Assembly: GCA_964625475.1 (NCBI GenBank) | Contig: CAZVBL010000004.1 | Location: 1,143-65,142, forward strand | Direction: 5' to 3' | Length of the DNA stretch: 64,000 nt | Source of the DNA: an uncultured Zhenpiania sp. | GTDB lineage: Bacteria > Bacillota > Clostridia > Peptostreptococcales > Anaerovoracaceae | Shown: in pieces, positions 1 through 9,119 of the stretch | Numbering within the stretch: position 1 is the first letter of the stretch | How the letters are laid out: each line of letters opens with the position of its first letter | Position numbers and translations under genes: made by a program | The notes under the pieces: generated by a model | Told to the model about the DNA's origin: nothing | Databases searched by the model: none | What the model saw: the letters and a program-made list of their open reading frames with translations, nothing else

Positions 1-1105
1 CCTTTAGCACCGTGCCCTTTACGTCCATTCCGTCTATGCCATCCTCAGGCGCAATGATGTCGCAGATCAAATCGCCTTTTTTAATCTTGCGGAAAAGATT
101 CAAATCTCTGTAATTGACCCTGCCGGTCTCGTCTTCCTCGAACATGAGATATTCCTGCCGCGGTATGTGCTCGATGATTTCCCCGTCTTTTCCGTGGATC
201 GCCGGTACGCCGAGGGCAATTCTGAAAATCTTGAAGAACGATTGTTCGTTGACGATTCGCTCCTTCAATTCTTCATCGATCCCGGAAACGATCTTGGATT
301 TTTTGAGCGCTTCGTCAAAGAGTTCCTGAACCAGAGGCTGTCCATTCCCTACAGGGGGGAATGCGCAGGCCAAGGCACACAAATTCCCCTTTGGCAGGTA
401 GAAATAAACCGCTGCGTCAATGTCCGGAATCGGGTCGGTAGGATCGTCGCTTGCTGCTTTTTCTGGATTTTCCAGGCGTTCTTCCTCTTCCTTTTTTGCC
501 TTTTTTTCCTGGCTTTCAATGGTTTTGAGGTTCTTGTCCGCAGCTGCGGCCAACTGGCGAATGAAAGGCTCCGTTCCTGGAATGGGAACCCGCACGCTTT
601 GTTCCTGTCCGTCCGCTTCCTCGTCTGCTCCCGCCGCTTTGCCTGCCTGTGCTTCCTCCGATGACGCAAAAGTATCGTCCATGGGTTCGTCCAGCAGGAG
701 CCCATCTTCCGGCGTCCGTTCTCCCATGGTCTTTTCGCCTGGTTTCGCTGCGCCGTCCAACGCCTGCCTTTCGCCGCTCCCCGCTTTCGTCCCTGCCTCT
801 TGCGCCAATTCTTCCGCTTCTCGTTCTTCCAGCTCTATCATCGGCTCACGCATCCATTTTGAAAACAAGATGTCGGTCGGCGGTTCGTTTTTTTGCTGGC
901 ACCATTTGCAGTACAGCTGATAGATCGTGTCCGCACGGTTCTGTTCAGCCACATTTTCATGCAATCGCCAATCCGCTGACTGCTCCGATTCCTCTTCTGT
1001 ATTTGCTTCGGATCCTTCCACCATCTGCTGGGCATCGTCTTGCCCGCTGTCTTTGTCATTCTTTAAAAAGCCCTTAAAAAACTGATTGTTCTTCTTTTCT
1101 TCCAT
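1..1105 (-). CDS. FapA/DUF342 family protein, 3' end runs off the window; about 225-aa acidic N-terminal extension
   Basis: Not in the ORF track. I translated it by hand from ATG 1105 (MEEKKNNQFF) and found no stop down to base 1. The distal part reads GVPAIHGKDGEIIEHIPRQEYLMFEEDETGRVNYRDLNLFRKIKKGDLICDIIAPEDGIDGMDVKG, typical of DUF342. Confidence 0.8.
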   Translation of the reverse strand, partial: MEEKKNNQFFKGFLKNDKDSGQDDAQQMVEGSEANTEEESEQSADWRLHENVAEQNRADTIYQLYCKWCQQKNEPPTDILFSKWMREPMIELEEREAEELAQEAGTKAGSGERQALDGAAKPGEKTMGERTPEDGLLLDEPMDDTFASSEEAQAGKAAGADEEADGQEQSVRVPIPGTEPFIRQLAAAADKNLKTIESQEKKAKKEEEERLENPEKAASDDPTDPIPDIDAAVYFYLPKGNLCALACAFPPVGNGQPLVQELFDEALKKSKIVSGIDEELKERIVNEQSFFKIFRIALGVPAIHGKDGEIIEHIPRQEYLMFEEDETGRVNYRDLNLFRKIKKGDLICDIIAPEDGIDGMDVKGTVLK

Positions 1106-1264
1106 ATAACATCACTTGATCTGCGATTCAAGTTCCTTTCTGGCGACCACATCCAAGGATCCCCTGTGATTTTTGAAATAGGGTCACAGTCATCGTCTTT
1201 CCAAGCCTCTGAATGATCTGCGATTTATCGTTTTTTATGAAATGCCTTTTTCAGTCTGCTTTTT

Positions 1265-1293
1265 ATTATAATACAGGTCGCAAGTCTTAGCAA
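1265..1293 (-). promoter_or_regulatory. sigma-A promoter for the FapA-like gene
   Basis: TTGCTA-17bp-TATAAT on the minus strand. Confidence 0.6.
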
Positions 1294-1332
1294 TCTCAAA
1301 AAACTTGATACTGTCCAAACTCATTTGGCAGA

Positions 1333-1361
1333 TTGCGATTCCCCTCCGGTTGCGATATAAT
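1333..1361 (+). promoter_or_regulatory. sigma-A promoter for the TCS operon
   Basis: TTGCGA-17bp-TATAAT. Confidence 0.6.
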
Positions 1362-1480
1362 GGTAAATGTCTTGCTCTGCATGCGGGAACGAAGGAATGG
1401 TTGCATGTGGAATTGCGAGATCGTTTGAAAACGCTTTCATGCGGTGTGTTGGAAATGCATCCAAAACGAAGGAGAAGGAT

Positions 1481-2152
1481 ATGTACAAGCTGTTTGTAGT
1501 CGAAGATGATCGGGGAATTGCGGAAGCGATCAAAGCGCAGGCGGAAATGTGGGATTTTTCCGTATGCCTGGCAAAGGACTTTCGCAGCATTACAGCGGAA
1601 TTTTCCGCCTTTCAGCCCCATATCGTCCTGCTGGACATATCCCTCCCCTATTTCGATGGATACCATTGGTGCCGGGAAATACGCAAAGTCTCGAAGGTGC
1701 CGATCGTTTTCATTTCCTCCGCATCCGACAACATGAACATCGTGATGGCGATGAACATGGGGGCGGACGATTTTATCGCAAAGCCTTTTGACCAGAGCGT
1801 CCTGATGGCCAAAATGCAGGCGATGCTTCGCCGCAGCTACGCTTTTTCCACCTCGCTGCCGGTGCTGGAGCATCGAGGCGCACTATTGAATACGAACGAT
1901 GGCACCCTCCTCTATCGCAGCGAAAAAATCGAGCTTTCCAAGAACGAATACCGAATTTTGCTGTGCCTGATGGAGAATCTGGGAAAGGTTGTCAGCCGGG
2001 AGAAGTTGATGGATCGTTTGTGGCAAACGGATAGCTTCGTGGACGACAATACGCTGACGGTCAATGTCAACCGCCTGCGCAGGAAACTGGAAAGCGCAGG
2101 GCTTGACCGTTTCATTTCCACAAAATTCGGCGTAGGGTACATCATCGATTGA
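1481..2152 (+). CDS. OmpR-family response regulator (BceR/GraR-like)
   Basis: MYKLFVVEDD, LLDISLP, ADDFIAKPF and a winged-helix C-terminus; RBS GGAG before ATG 1481. Confidence 0.92.
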   Translation: MYKLFVVEDDRGIAEAIKAQAEMWDFSVCLAKDFRSITAEFSAFQPHIVLLDISLPYFDGYHWCREIRKVSKVPIVFISSASDNMNIVMAMNMGADDFIAKPFDQSVLMAKMQAMLRRSYAFSTSLPVLEHRGALLNTNDGTLLYRSEKIELSKNEYRILLCLMENLGKVVSREKLMDRLWQTDSFVDDNTLTVNVNRLRRKLESAGLDRFISTKFGVGYIID

Positions 2153-2165
2153 AGGAGGCGGCAGA

Positions 2166-3146
2166 ATGGCGTTGTTTTGGAAATACATTAGGCAGCATGG
2201 CAAGGTCATCCTCGCTACGCTACTGTTTTGTGTCATATTCGCTCTGGTGTTCGCACTGTATCATCTGCCGCTGGGGGCTGCGCTGTATCCAACTTTGCTC
2301 TGCGGCCTGATTGGGATTTTGTTCCTGGCTCTGGATTTTGTCAGGACAAAGCGAAAACATGCGGCGCTTGAGCGGCTGAGCCAGCTCACGGCTGCCATGA
2401 TGGACGAACTGCCCCGCGCCTGCTCCATGGAGGAGGAAGATTACCAGGCGGTCATCCGCGCTTTACAGTCCGAGGTCGCAGAACTGGAATCCGCATCGAG
2501 CGCAAAATACCGTGACATGATGGACTATTACACGATATGGATCCATCAAATCAAAACGCCTATCGCTTCCATGCGCCTGAACCTGCAGAACCAGGATACG
2601 CCGGCATCGAGGAAGCTGCAGGGCGATTTGTTCCGCATCGAGCAATATGTGGAAATGGCATTGACTTTCCTGCGTCTGGATTCCACCTCCAACGACTACG
2701 TTTTTCAGGAATGCTCCCTCGACCCCCTGATCCGACAGGCGGTCAGGAAATTTTCCCATGAATTTATCGACAGGAAAATCAGCCTTCAATATGAACCCAT
2801 CGAGATGTCCATCGTTACCGATGAGAAGTGGTTGTCCTTTGTCCTGGAACAGATTCTTTCCAATGCGCTGAAGTATACCCGCGAGGGGAGTGTGAAAATC
2901 TATGTGCAGGAACCGAACACGCTGTGCATCGAGGATACCGGCATTGGCATCGCCCCGGAAGACGTTCCGCGCATCTTTGAAAAAGGGTACACGGGGCATA
3001 ACGGACGCTCCGACAAGAAAGCGAGCGGCATCGGGGCGTACCTGTGCAAACGGATATGCGATAATCTTGGAATTGGAATCTGCGCAAAGTCCCAGGTGGG
3101 CAAGGGAACTGTGATCCTGTTGCAGCTGGATCAGCATGGGCTTTGA
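2166..3146 (+). CDS. Intramembrane-sensing histidine kinase (BceS-like)
   Basis: Two short N-terminal TMs, H-box WIHQIKTP, N-box EQILSNALKY, G1 box DTGIGI. Confidence 0.92.
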   Translation: MALFWKYIRQHGKVILATLLFCVIFALVFALYHLPLGAALYPTLLCGLIGILFLALDFVRTKRKHAALERLSQLTAAMMDELPRACSMEEEDYQAVIRALQSEVAELESASSAKYRDMMDYYTIWIHQIKTPIASMRLNLQNQDTPASRKLQGDLFRIEQYVEMALTFLRLDSTSNDYVFQECSLDPLIRQAVRKFSHEFIDRKISLQYEPIEMSIVTDEKWLSFVLEQILSNALKYTREGSVKIYVQEPNTLCIEDTGIGIAPEDVPRIFEKGYTGHNGRSDKKASGIGAYLCKRICDNLGIGICAKSQVGKGTVILLQLDQHGL

Positions 3147-3199
3147 ACCATGAACTTTGAACGAAAGTTCCCTTTTGCCCCATAGTTCGAAGCATATTA

Positions 3200-3227
3200 T
3201 CAAACCTTACAAAACCGTAAGGTTTGA
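3200..3227 (+). promoter_or_regulatory. Bce-type response-regulator operator
   Basis: Perfect 11-bp inverted repeat TCAAACCTTAC-6bp-GTAAGGTTTGA, a further TGTAAG half-site at 3237-3242, and a TAAAAT -10 near 3276. Confidence 0.65.
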
Positions 3228-3274
3228 AGCGGGAAATGTAAGCCGAATCGATGGCGACGCATTTCCCGCTTTTG
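3227..3274 (+). terminator. Probable terminator of the TCS operon
   Basis: 12-bp inverted repeat AAGCGGGAAATG (3227-3238) / CATTTCCCGCTT (3260-3271) followed by Ts. Confidence 0.5.
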
Positions 3275-3313
3275 CTAAAATAACGGCAGAAACTTTGAAG
3301 GAGGACAAACAAG

Positions 3314-4078
3314 ATGAACATTCTTGAAGTAAACGGTCTGAAAAAGACCTATTCCACGCGCCTCGGCGGCAACAAAGTGGAAGCGTTAAAAGATGTAAAT
3401 TTCACCGTGGAAGACGGCGAATACGTGGCTATCATGGGCGAGTCGGGTTCAGGCAAGACCACGCTCCTGAACATATTGGCGGCGCTCGACAAGCCTACTG
3501 CCGGCAGTGTCATTTTGGACGGCAAGGATCTGTCTAAGGTGAAAGAGGCGGCAGTGTCGGCATTCCGCCGCGACAACCTGGGCTTCGTGTTCCAGGAGTT
3601 TAACCTGCTGGACACCTTTACCCTGGAGGACAACATCTACCTGCCGCTGGTGCTTGCGGGCAAGCCTTACCGGGAAATGGCCGATCGGCTTGCGCCCATC
3701 GCAGCCACGCTGGACATCGGGGATTTGCTGAAAAAGTACCCTTACGAAGTGTCCGGTGGCCAAAAGCAGAGGGCCGCTGTCGCAAGGGCGATTATCGCAA
3801 ACCCGAAAATCATCCTTGCCGATGAACCCACAGGCGCCCTGGATTCCAGAGCCACCGATGAGCTTCTGCACATGTTCGCAAAGATCAACGCCTCCGGGCA
3901 GACGATCCTGATGGTAACCCACTCCATCAAGGCGGCAAGCGCCGCAGGCCGCGTGCTGTTCATCAAGGACGGAGAAGTTTATCACCAGATCTATCGCGGC
4001 GATGACAGCGATGAACAGATGTATCAGAAGATTTCCGATACGCTCACCTTGCTTGCGACAGGAGGTGACAGAAAATGA
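3314..4078 (+). CDS. ABC transporter ATP-binding protein (BceA-like)
   Basis: Walker A GESGSGKT, signature VSGGQKQR, Walker B ILADEP. Confidence 0.95.
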   Translation: MNILEVNGLKKTYSTRLGGNKVEALKDVNFTVEDGEYVAIMGESGSGKTTLLNILAALDKPTAGSVILDGKDLSKVKEAAVSAFRRDNLGFVFQEFNLLDTFTLEDNIYLPLVLAGKPYREMADRLAPIAATLDIGDLLKKYPYEVSGGQKQRAAVARAIIANPKIILADEPTGALDSRATDELLHMFAKINASGQTILMVTHSIKAASAAGRVLFIKDGEVYHQIYRGDDSDEQMYQKISDTLTLLATGGDRK

Positions 4079-6129
4079 AATTCGGATTTTATTTCAGGCT
4101 GGCCGCAGATGGCATCCGAAAGAACAAGCGGATGTACCTGCCGTACATCCTCACCTGCATCGGAATGGTGATGATGGCTTACATCGTGGCTTTTTTAAGG
4201 TTCTCTCCAGTGATCGCAACCTTAAATGGCGGAGCGACCGCACAGGAAATCATGCGGATTGGCGTCGTTGTCACCATCTTCTTTGCGGCGCTCTTTCTGT
4301 TCTACACCAATTCGTTCCTGATGAAACGCCGCAAAAAAGAATTTGGGCTATACAACATCCTCGGAATGGGGAAAGGCAACCTGAGCCGAATCCTGTTGTG
4401 GGAATCCATCGACATTGCGCTTTTGTCCCTCGCATTGGGGATTCTCTTTGGGATCGCCCTTTCCAAACTGGCAGAGCTGGGTCTTGCCAACATGCTCGAA
4501 GGGCAGATCACCTATTCCATGTCGATACCCATGGATGCCGTCCTTCTCACGGCCATCCCGTTCCTGGCGATCTTCATCCTGCTGTTTTTCAATTCCCTCA
4601 GGCAATTGTGGTTCTCAAACCCCATTTCCCTGCTCCGAAGCGAAAACGTGGGCGAAAAGCCGCCGAAAGCGAATTGGTTCTTTGGCATCCTCGGCGTGGC
4701 CGTGCTGGGGGCGGCCTATTACATCGCAGTCAGCATCCAAGACCCCGTCTCGGCCCTCATGGCATTTTTAATCGCTGTGCTGATGGTCATCGCCGCCACC
4801 TACCTCATCATGATTGCGGGTTCAGTGCTGCTTTGCCGCATTCTGCAAAAGAGGAAGGGCTATTATTACAAGGCGAATCATTTCGTGTCGGTTTCCTCCA
4901 TGGCTTACCGCATGAAGCGCAATGGCGCCGGACTTGCATCCATTTGCATCCTTGCCACCATGGTGCTTGTCATGATTTCTTCCACCTCGGCCCTGTTTAT
5001 CGGCGGCGAAGATGTCGTTCGCAACCGTTATCCCCGCGAAATCAACACCTGTGTCCAGATGGAGGAAAACAAAAGCCTGACAGATGGAGACATCAGGCGT
5101 TTTGAAAGCACCATAGATGGCATCCTCGAAAAACGTGGCGCTGCGCAGGGCAACATCATCCAATACCGCTCCGCCGTCACCGCCGGGAAGCTAAACGGCG
5201 GCCAGGTGATCTTCGATGTGGACGATATCGACATGAACGACTTCAGCGTCAGCAGCATGTCCGATGTACACCAAATCTATCTTGTGCCTGTCGAGGATTA
5301 CAACCATATGATGGGCGCAAACGCTGCCCTTGCGGAGGATGAAGTCCTGGTTTATGCTCCAAGGGACACCTTTGACGGCGATACCTTTGGCTTTGCCGGA
5401 TTGAAGCAATACAAGGTGAAAGAAATCCTGAAAGACTGCTTTCCAAACCCTGACATGGCGATGGACATCATGCCGTCCCTCATGGTCATTGTTCCTGATT
5501 TGGCAAAAGCCGCTGACGGCCTTGTGAATGCGAAAGGCGATGCGTTATCCTACACAAAGTGGTACTATTCTTTTGACACTTCTCTCGGCGGCGAGGAGGA
5601 CATCGCCTTGTATGAAGAATTGAAAGCGGCTTTTGGGAATTTGCGGAAGGGCGATGGGGACGCATTTACATCGTTCGTTGAGAGCCGCGAATATGAACGG
5701 GAGGGCTTTTACTCGTTGTACGGAGGGCTGTTTTATCTCAGCGTAATCCTCAGCATCGTATTCATCTTCGCTGTGGTGCTGATCATTTACTACAAGCAGA
5801 TTTCAGAAGGTTATGAGGATCAGCCGAGGTTTGGGATCATGCAAAAGATTGGCATGACTAAGAAAGACATACGCAGAAGCATCAATTCCCAGCTTCTCAC
5901 TGTGTTTTCCCTGCCGCTGTTGGGTGCGGGGCTGCATCTCGCTTTTGCGTTTCCCATCATGGAGAAGCTGCTGATGCTCTTTAACCTGCACAACCGCACG
6001 CTGTTCATCTACACTACGATCGGCAGTTTTCTCGTGTTCGCCCTGTTTTACGCCATCGTGTACCGCATCACCTCGAATGGGTACTACCAGATTGTGAGCG
6101 ATTCCCTGACAAACGATGAACCCAGGTAA
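4075..6129 (+). CDS. FtsX-like ABC permease with a large extracellular domain (BceB-like)
   Basis: RRKKEFGLYNILGM motif, about 10 TMs with a large loop, ATGA overlap with the ATPase gene. Confidence 0.92.
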   Translation: MKFGFYFRLAADGIRKNKRMYLPYILTCIGMVMMAYIVAFLRFSPVIATLNGGATAQEIMRIGVVVTIFFAALFLFYTNSFLMKRRKKEFGLYNILGMGKGNLSRILLWESIDIALLSLALGILFGIALSKLAELGLANMLEGQITYSMSIPMDAVLLTAIPFLAIFILLFFNSLRQLWFSNPISLLRSENVGEKPPKANWFFGILGVAVLGAAYYIAVSIQDPVSALMAFLIAVLMVIAATYLIMIAGSVLLCRILQKRKGYYYKANHFVSVSSMAYRMKRNGAGLASICILATMVLVMISSTSALFIGGEDVVRNRYPREINTCVQMEENKSLTDGDIRRFESTIDGILEKRGAAQGNIIQYRSAVTAGKLNGGQVIFDVDDIDMNDFSVSSMSDVHQIYLVPVEDYNHMMGANAALAEDEVLVYAPRDTFDGDTFGFAGLKQYKVKEILKDCFPNPDMAMDIMPSLMVIVPDLAKAADGLVNAKGDALSYTKWYYSFDTSLGGEEDIALYEELKAAFGNLRKGDGDAFTSFVESREYEREGFYSLYGGLFYLSVILSIVFIFAVVLIIYYKQISEGYEDQPRFGIMQKIGMTKKDIRRSINSQLLTVFSLPLLGAGLHLAFAFPIMEKLLMLFNLHNRTLFIYTTIGSFLVFALFYAIVYRITSNGYYQIVSDSLTNDEPR

Positions 6130-6256
6130 ATTACAGGGCAAAGGCCACATGCCGCAAAAATCCCATCGTGGAGAGTCGATCTCTGCTGAGTCTCCATGGT
6201 TCTATAAAAAATTGATTGTCAACTTTAACATATAATTGCGATTCTTGCTGATTTTG

Positions 6257-6306
6257 TTGTCAAATAAATTAATGTAGTTGACAAGTTCAAAATCCTGTGT
6301 TAGGCT
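6257..6306 (+). promoter_or_regulatory. Promoter and possible operator of the AlbA_2 gene
   Basis: TTGACA (6278)-17bp-TAGGCT; inverted repeat TTGTCAA (6257) / TTGACAA (6278), with a third TTGTCAA at 6217. Confidence 0.45.
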
Positions 6307-6343
6307 AAACGCAACACATGACGAGTGACGGGAGGCATGTTCC

Positions 6344-7795
6344 ATGCAAAAAGAAGCATTAAAGAGCTTGATCGCTGATATTCAGAAGCAAAAAACGGAA
6401 CAGCAAACAGTTGAACTCAAGGAAACACATGGGGGTTTCCCAAAAAGGATCTATGACACAATTTCATCCTTCTCCAATCAGGACAGCGGCGGAATCATCA
6501 TCTTTGGCATGTCAGATAAGCCGAATTATGAGATTGTCGGTGTTTATGATGCAGAAGACACGCAAAAAAAGATCATGGAACTATGCGGGCAGATGGAACC
6601 TAATGTGAGAGCAGTCGTTACCATTTGCGATATTGATGGCAAAACGGTCGTTGCTGCAGAAATTCCTGGCGTAGAAATTTCAGAGCGTCCTGTCTTTTAT
6701 CGTGGACGGGGGAAATTGAAAGGTTCCTATGTCCGCATCGGCGATGCGGATATTCCTATGACGCCATACGAGATTTATCGCTTTGAGGCTTTTAGAAAGC
6801 GGATATGCGACGATCTGCGGCTTGTGGAGCATGCGAAGATCAGATTGTTAAACCAGGAAATGCTGCACGCTTGTTTAACCGCAGCAAAAAAGGAACGGAG
6901 GAATCTTGCCGAAAATGTTTCAGATGCCGATATACTGGAAATGCTGGGCGTTACCGTTGATGGAACTCCCACTCTAGCAGGCGTGATGGCTTTTTCTGAT
7001 TACCCGCAAGCGTATTTCCCACAATTGTGCGTTACCGCAATTGTCGTCCCCGGCACCGAAATCGGGGATCAGGGAACCGATGGGGAACGATTTATCGACA
7101 ACAAACGGATTACAGGAAACATCTCGGAAATGTTGGCAGAAAGCGTTGAATTTGTTCGCAGGAATAGCCGCACAAAGACGATCGTTGGAGAAGATGGCGC
7201 ACGACACGACAAAACGGAGTATCCTATGGCAGCTGTCAGGGAGGCCGTCTTAAACGCTCTGGTTCACAGGGATTACAGCCGCTACACGGAAAGCGTCCCG
7301 GTAAGCATAGAAATGTATCGGGACAGAATGGAAATCAAGAGCAGCGGGGGTTTGTTCGGAACAGCGTCTGTAGAACTTTTAGGGCGCATGAGAACGGAGA
7401 CCAGGAATGTCGCGCTGGTAAACATCCTTGGGTTCTTGAACGTGACTGAGAATCGATATTCCGGTATACCTACCATGAGGAAAGCGTGTTCAGAAGCAAA
7501 ATTGCCGATGCCGGAGTTTGTCGATAGGCACGGAGAGTTCAATGTCACCTTTAGGAACAACATATTTGAACAGAAAGGAAAACTCGATAAAAGCGACATG
7601 AGGAAAGCCGTCCTTGAATTTTGCAGCATCCCCAGAAGCAGGAATGAAATGATCGAATTTACCGGCCTGTCCCGATATTACACCATGTCAGCGATTGTCC
7701 AGCCTTTGATAGATCAAGGGCTGCTGGCTCAGACGATGCCGGATAAGCCAAAGAGTCCAAAGCAAAAGTATGTAAAAAGCAACGGCATGGGATGA
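6344..7795 (+). CDS. Schlafen AlbA_2-domain protein with RecG-like C-terminal (HATPase_c_4) and wHTH domains
   Basis: EQQTVELKE..TISSFSNQDSGGIIIFG, then AVREAVLNALVHRDYS, SSGGLFG, RNVALVNIL, ENRYSGIP and a C-terminal PKSPKQKY. Confidence 0.8.
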   Translation: MQKEALKSLIADIQKQKTEQQTVELKETHGGFPKRIYDTISSFSNQDSGGIIIFGMSDKPNYEIVGVYDAEDTQKKIMELCGQMEPNVRAVVTICDIDGKTVVAAEIPGVEISERPVFYRGRGKLKGSYVRIGDADIPMTPYEIYRFEAFRKRICDDLRLVEHAKIRLLNQEMLHACLTAAKKERRNLAENVSDADILEMLGVTVDGTPTLAGVMAFSDYPQAYFPQLCVTAIVVPGTEIGDQGTDGERFIDNKRITGNISEMLAESVEFVRRNSRTKTIVGEDGARHDKTEYPMAAVREAVLNALVHRDYSRYTESVPVSIEMYRDRMEIKSSGGLFGTASVELLGRMRTETRNVALVNILGFLNVTENRYSGIPTMRKACSEAKLPMPEFVDRHGEFNVTFRNNIFEQKGKLDKSDMRKAVLEFCSIPRSRNEMIEFTGLSRYYTMSAIVQPLIDQGLLAQTMPDKPKSPKQKYVKSNGMG

Positions 7796-7869
7796 AAGGA
7801 CAATTTTTAGACTATTGCAACTTGCTATTGCAATTTACGAAAGGGTATTAGTCCTCAGACGTTTTTTAA

Positions 7870-8226
7870 CATTCGGGCAGCCCGTAAGCCGGGTTCTGTA
7901 TTTGGCAATCATCTATCTCGACGTACTGTCACCAGCACGCTCCAGCGACTCACCTCTCGGGCAGCGACGGGCCGCCGCCTTTCATGCCCTTTCTTAGTCT
8001 TGCTCCGGATGGGGTTTACACGAGAAGCATGTTGCCATGCCTCCCGGTGAGCTCTTACCTCGCCATTTCAACCTTACCACGGCACGACCCGTTTCGGCGG
8101 TATGTTTCTGTTGCACTTTCCCTATAGTTACCTACGCCAGACGTTATCTGGCACCCTCGCCCTGTGGAGCCCGGACTTTCCTCATGCGCCCCAAAAGCGC
8201 ACGCAATTGCCTGGACTACCCGAATG
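7870..8226 (-). ncRNA. rnpB: RNase P RNA (class A)
   Basis: The minus strand contains GAGGAAAGTCCGGGCTCC, GAAAGTGCAACAGAAA, GGTAAGGTTGAAATGGCGAGGTAAGAGCTCACC and ACAGAACCCGGCTTA; the CATTCGGG / CCCGAATG ends pair. Confidence 0.97.
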
Positions 8227-8327
8227 CATGATTTTGATGTACCATGAACTTCCGCTGAACATACAATCAGAGTTCATGATTCAATGAACGCTTCCCCACG
8301 GCAACGCCGTATCAATCAATGCGTTCA

Positions 8328-9119
8328 TTATACCACCAAAAAGGGATCGATGTCCACTTTGGATTCCACGATTTCAATTTGGTCTTGCAATTTTTCTTTC
8401 AGTTTTTTTGAGAAATTCTCCACGAAGGATTTTTCCGTGCCGTAGTGGCCCGCATCGATCAAAGCGATGCCCAGCGCCTTTGCGTTTTGCGCTTCGTGGT
8501 ATTTGACATCTCCAGTAATCAAAAGCTGGCAGCCGTTTTCCAAAGCAAGCTCCATCAAATCCGAGCCTGCCCCGGTGCAGATTCCCACCCTTTCGATGGG
8601 CATGTCACCTTTGCCCACGACCCGAACCTGGCTGCGTTCCATGTTCAGTTTTTTTGCCAGTCGTTTTGCCAGGGCGCTTAGCGTCACGGACCTGGGCAAC
8701 CTTCCTGTGCGGCCGATCATGTCAACGTCGCCATTCGCTCGAAAGCCCCCCACATCCTGCAGTCCGATTAAATCGGCCAGAAAATCATTGTTCCCGCCCT
8801 TCAGCTTGTCAAAAGGAGTGTGGCAGGAATAAACGCAAATTCCCATGTTCAGCAGCTTGACGATGTAAGAACCCAGCACGTCCCGGTAATCCACCGTTTT
8901 GATGCCCTCGAAAATCAGCGGGTGATGGGTGATGATCATGTCCGGGTTTTCTTCTGCGGCTTCCTCGATGATGGCATCTGTGATTTCCAACGCCAAGAGA
9001 ACCTTTTGGATTTCCATGGGTCCGACCGCCAGTTGGATTCCGCTGTTATCCCAGCTTTCCTGGGTATTGGAGGGAGCGATTTCCTCCAACGCTTCTATCA
9101 CTTGATCTAATTTCATCAT
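8328..9119 (-). CDS. Nif3-like dinuclear metal centre hexameric protein (YqfO)
   Basis: WDNSGIQL, IITHHPLIF, YSCHTPFD, DAGHYGTE; canonical position after trmK. Confidence 0.93.
   Translation of the reverse strand: MMKLDQVIEALEEIAPSNTQESWDNSGIQLAVGPMEIQKVLLALEITDAIIEEAAEENPDMIITHHPLIFEGIKTVDYRDVLGSYIVKLLNMGICVYSCHTPFDKLKGGNNDFLADLIGLQDVGGFRANGDVDMIGRTGRLPRSVTLSALAKRLAKKLNMERSQVRVVGKGDMPIERVGICTGAGSDLMELALENGCQLLITGDVKYHEAQNAKALGIALIDAGHYGTEKSFVENFSKKLKEKLQDQIEIVESKVDIDPFLVV

Noticed and set aside
3020-3146. Kinase G2 box reads GIGAY instead of GxGLY, and the C-terminus ends abruptly (QHGL*)
   Set aside because: Cannot be separated from neutral variation or a read error without raw data
3159-3170. 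GAAC-N4-GTTC, a LexA-box-like core
   Set aside because: Single core inside the TGAAC heptamer run, upstream of a peptide-resistance ABC operon with no SOS rationale; likely chance
8237-8330. Two similar ATGAAC..GTTCAT inverted repeats upstream of rnpB
   Set aside because: Short arms, long loops, no recognisable function
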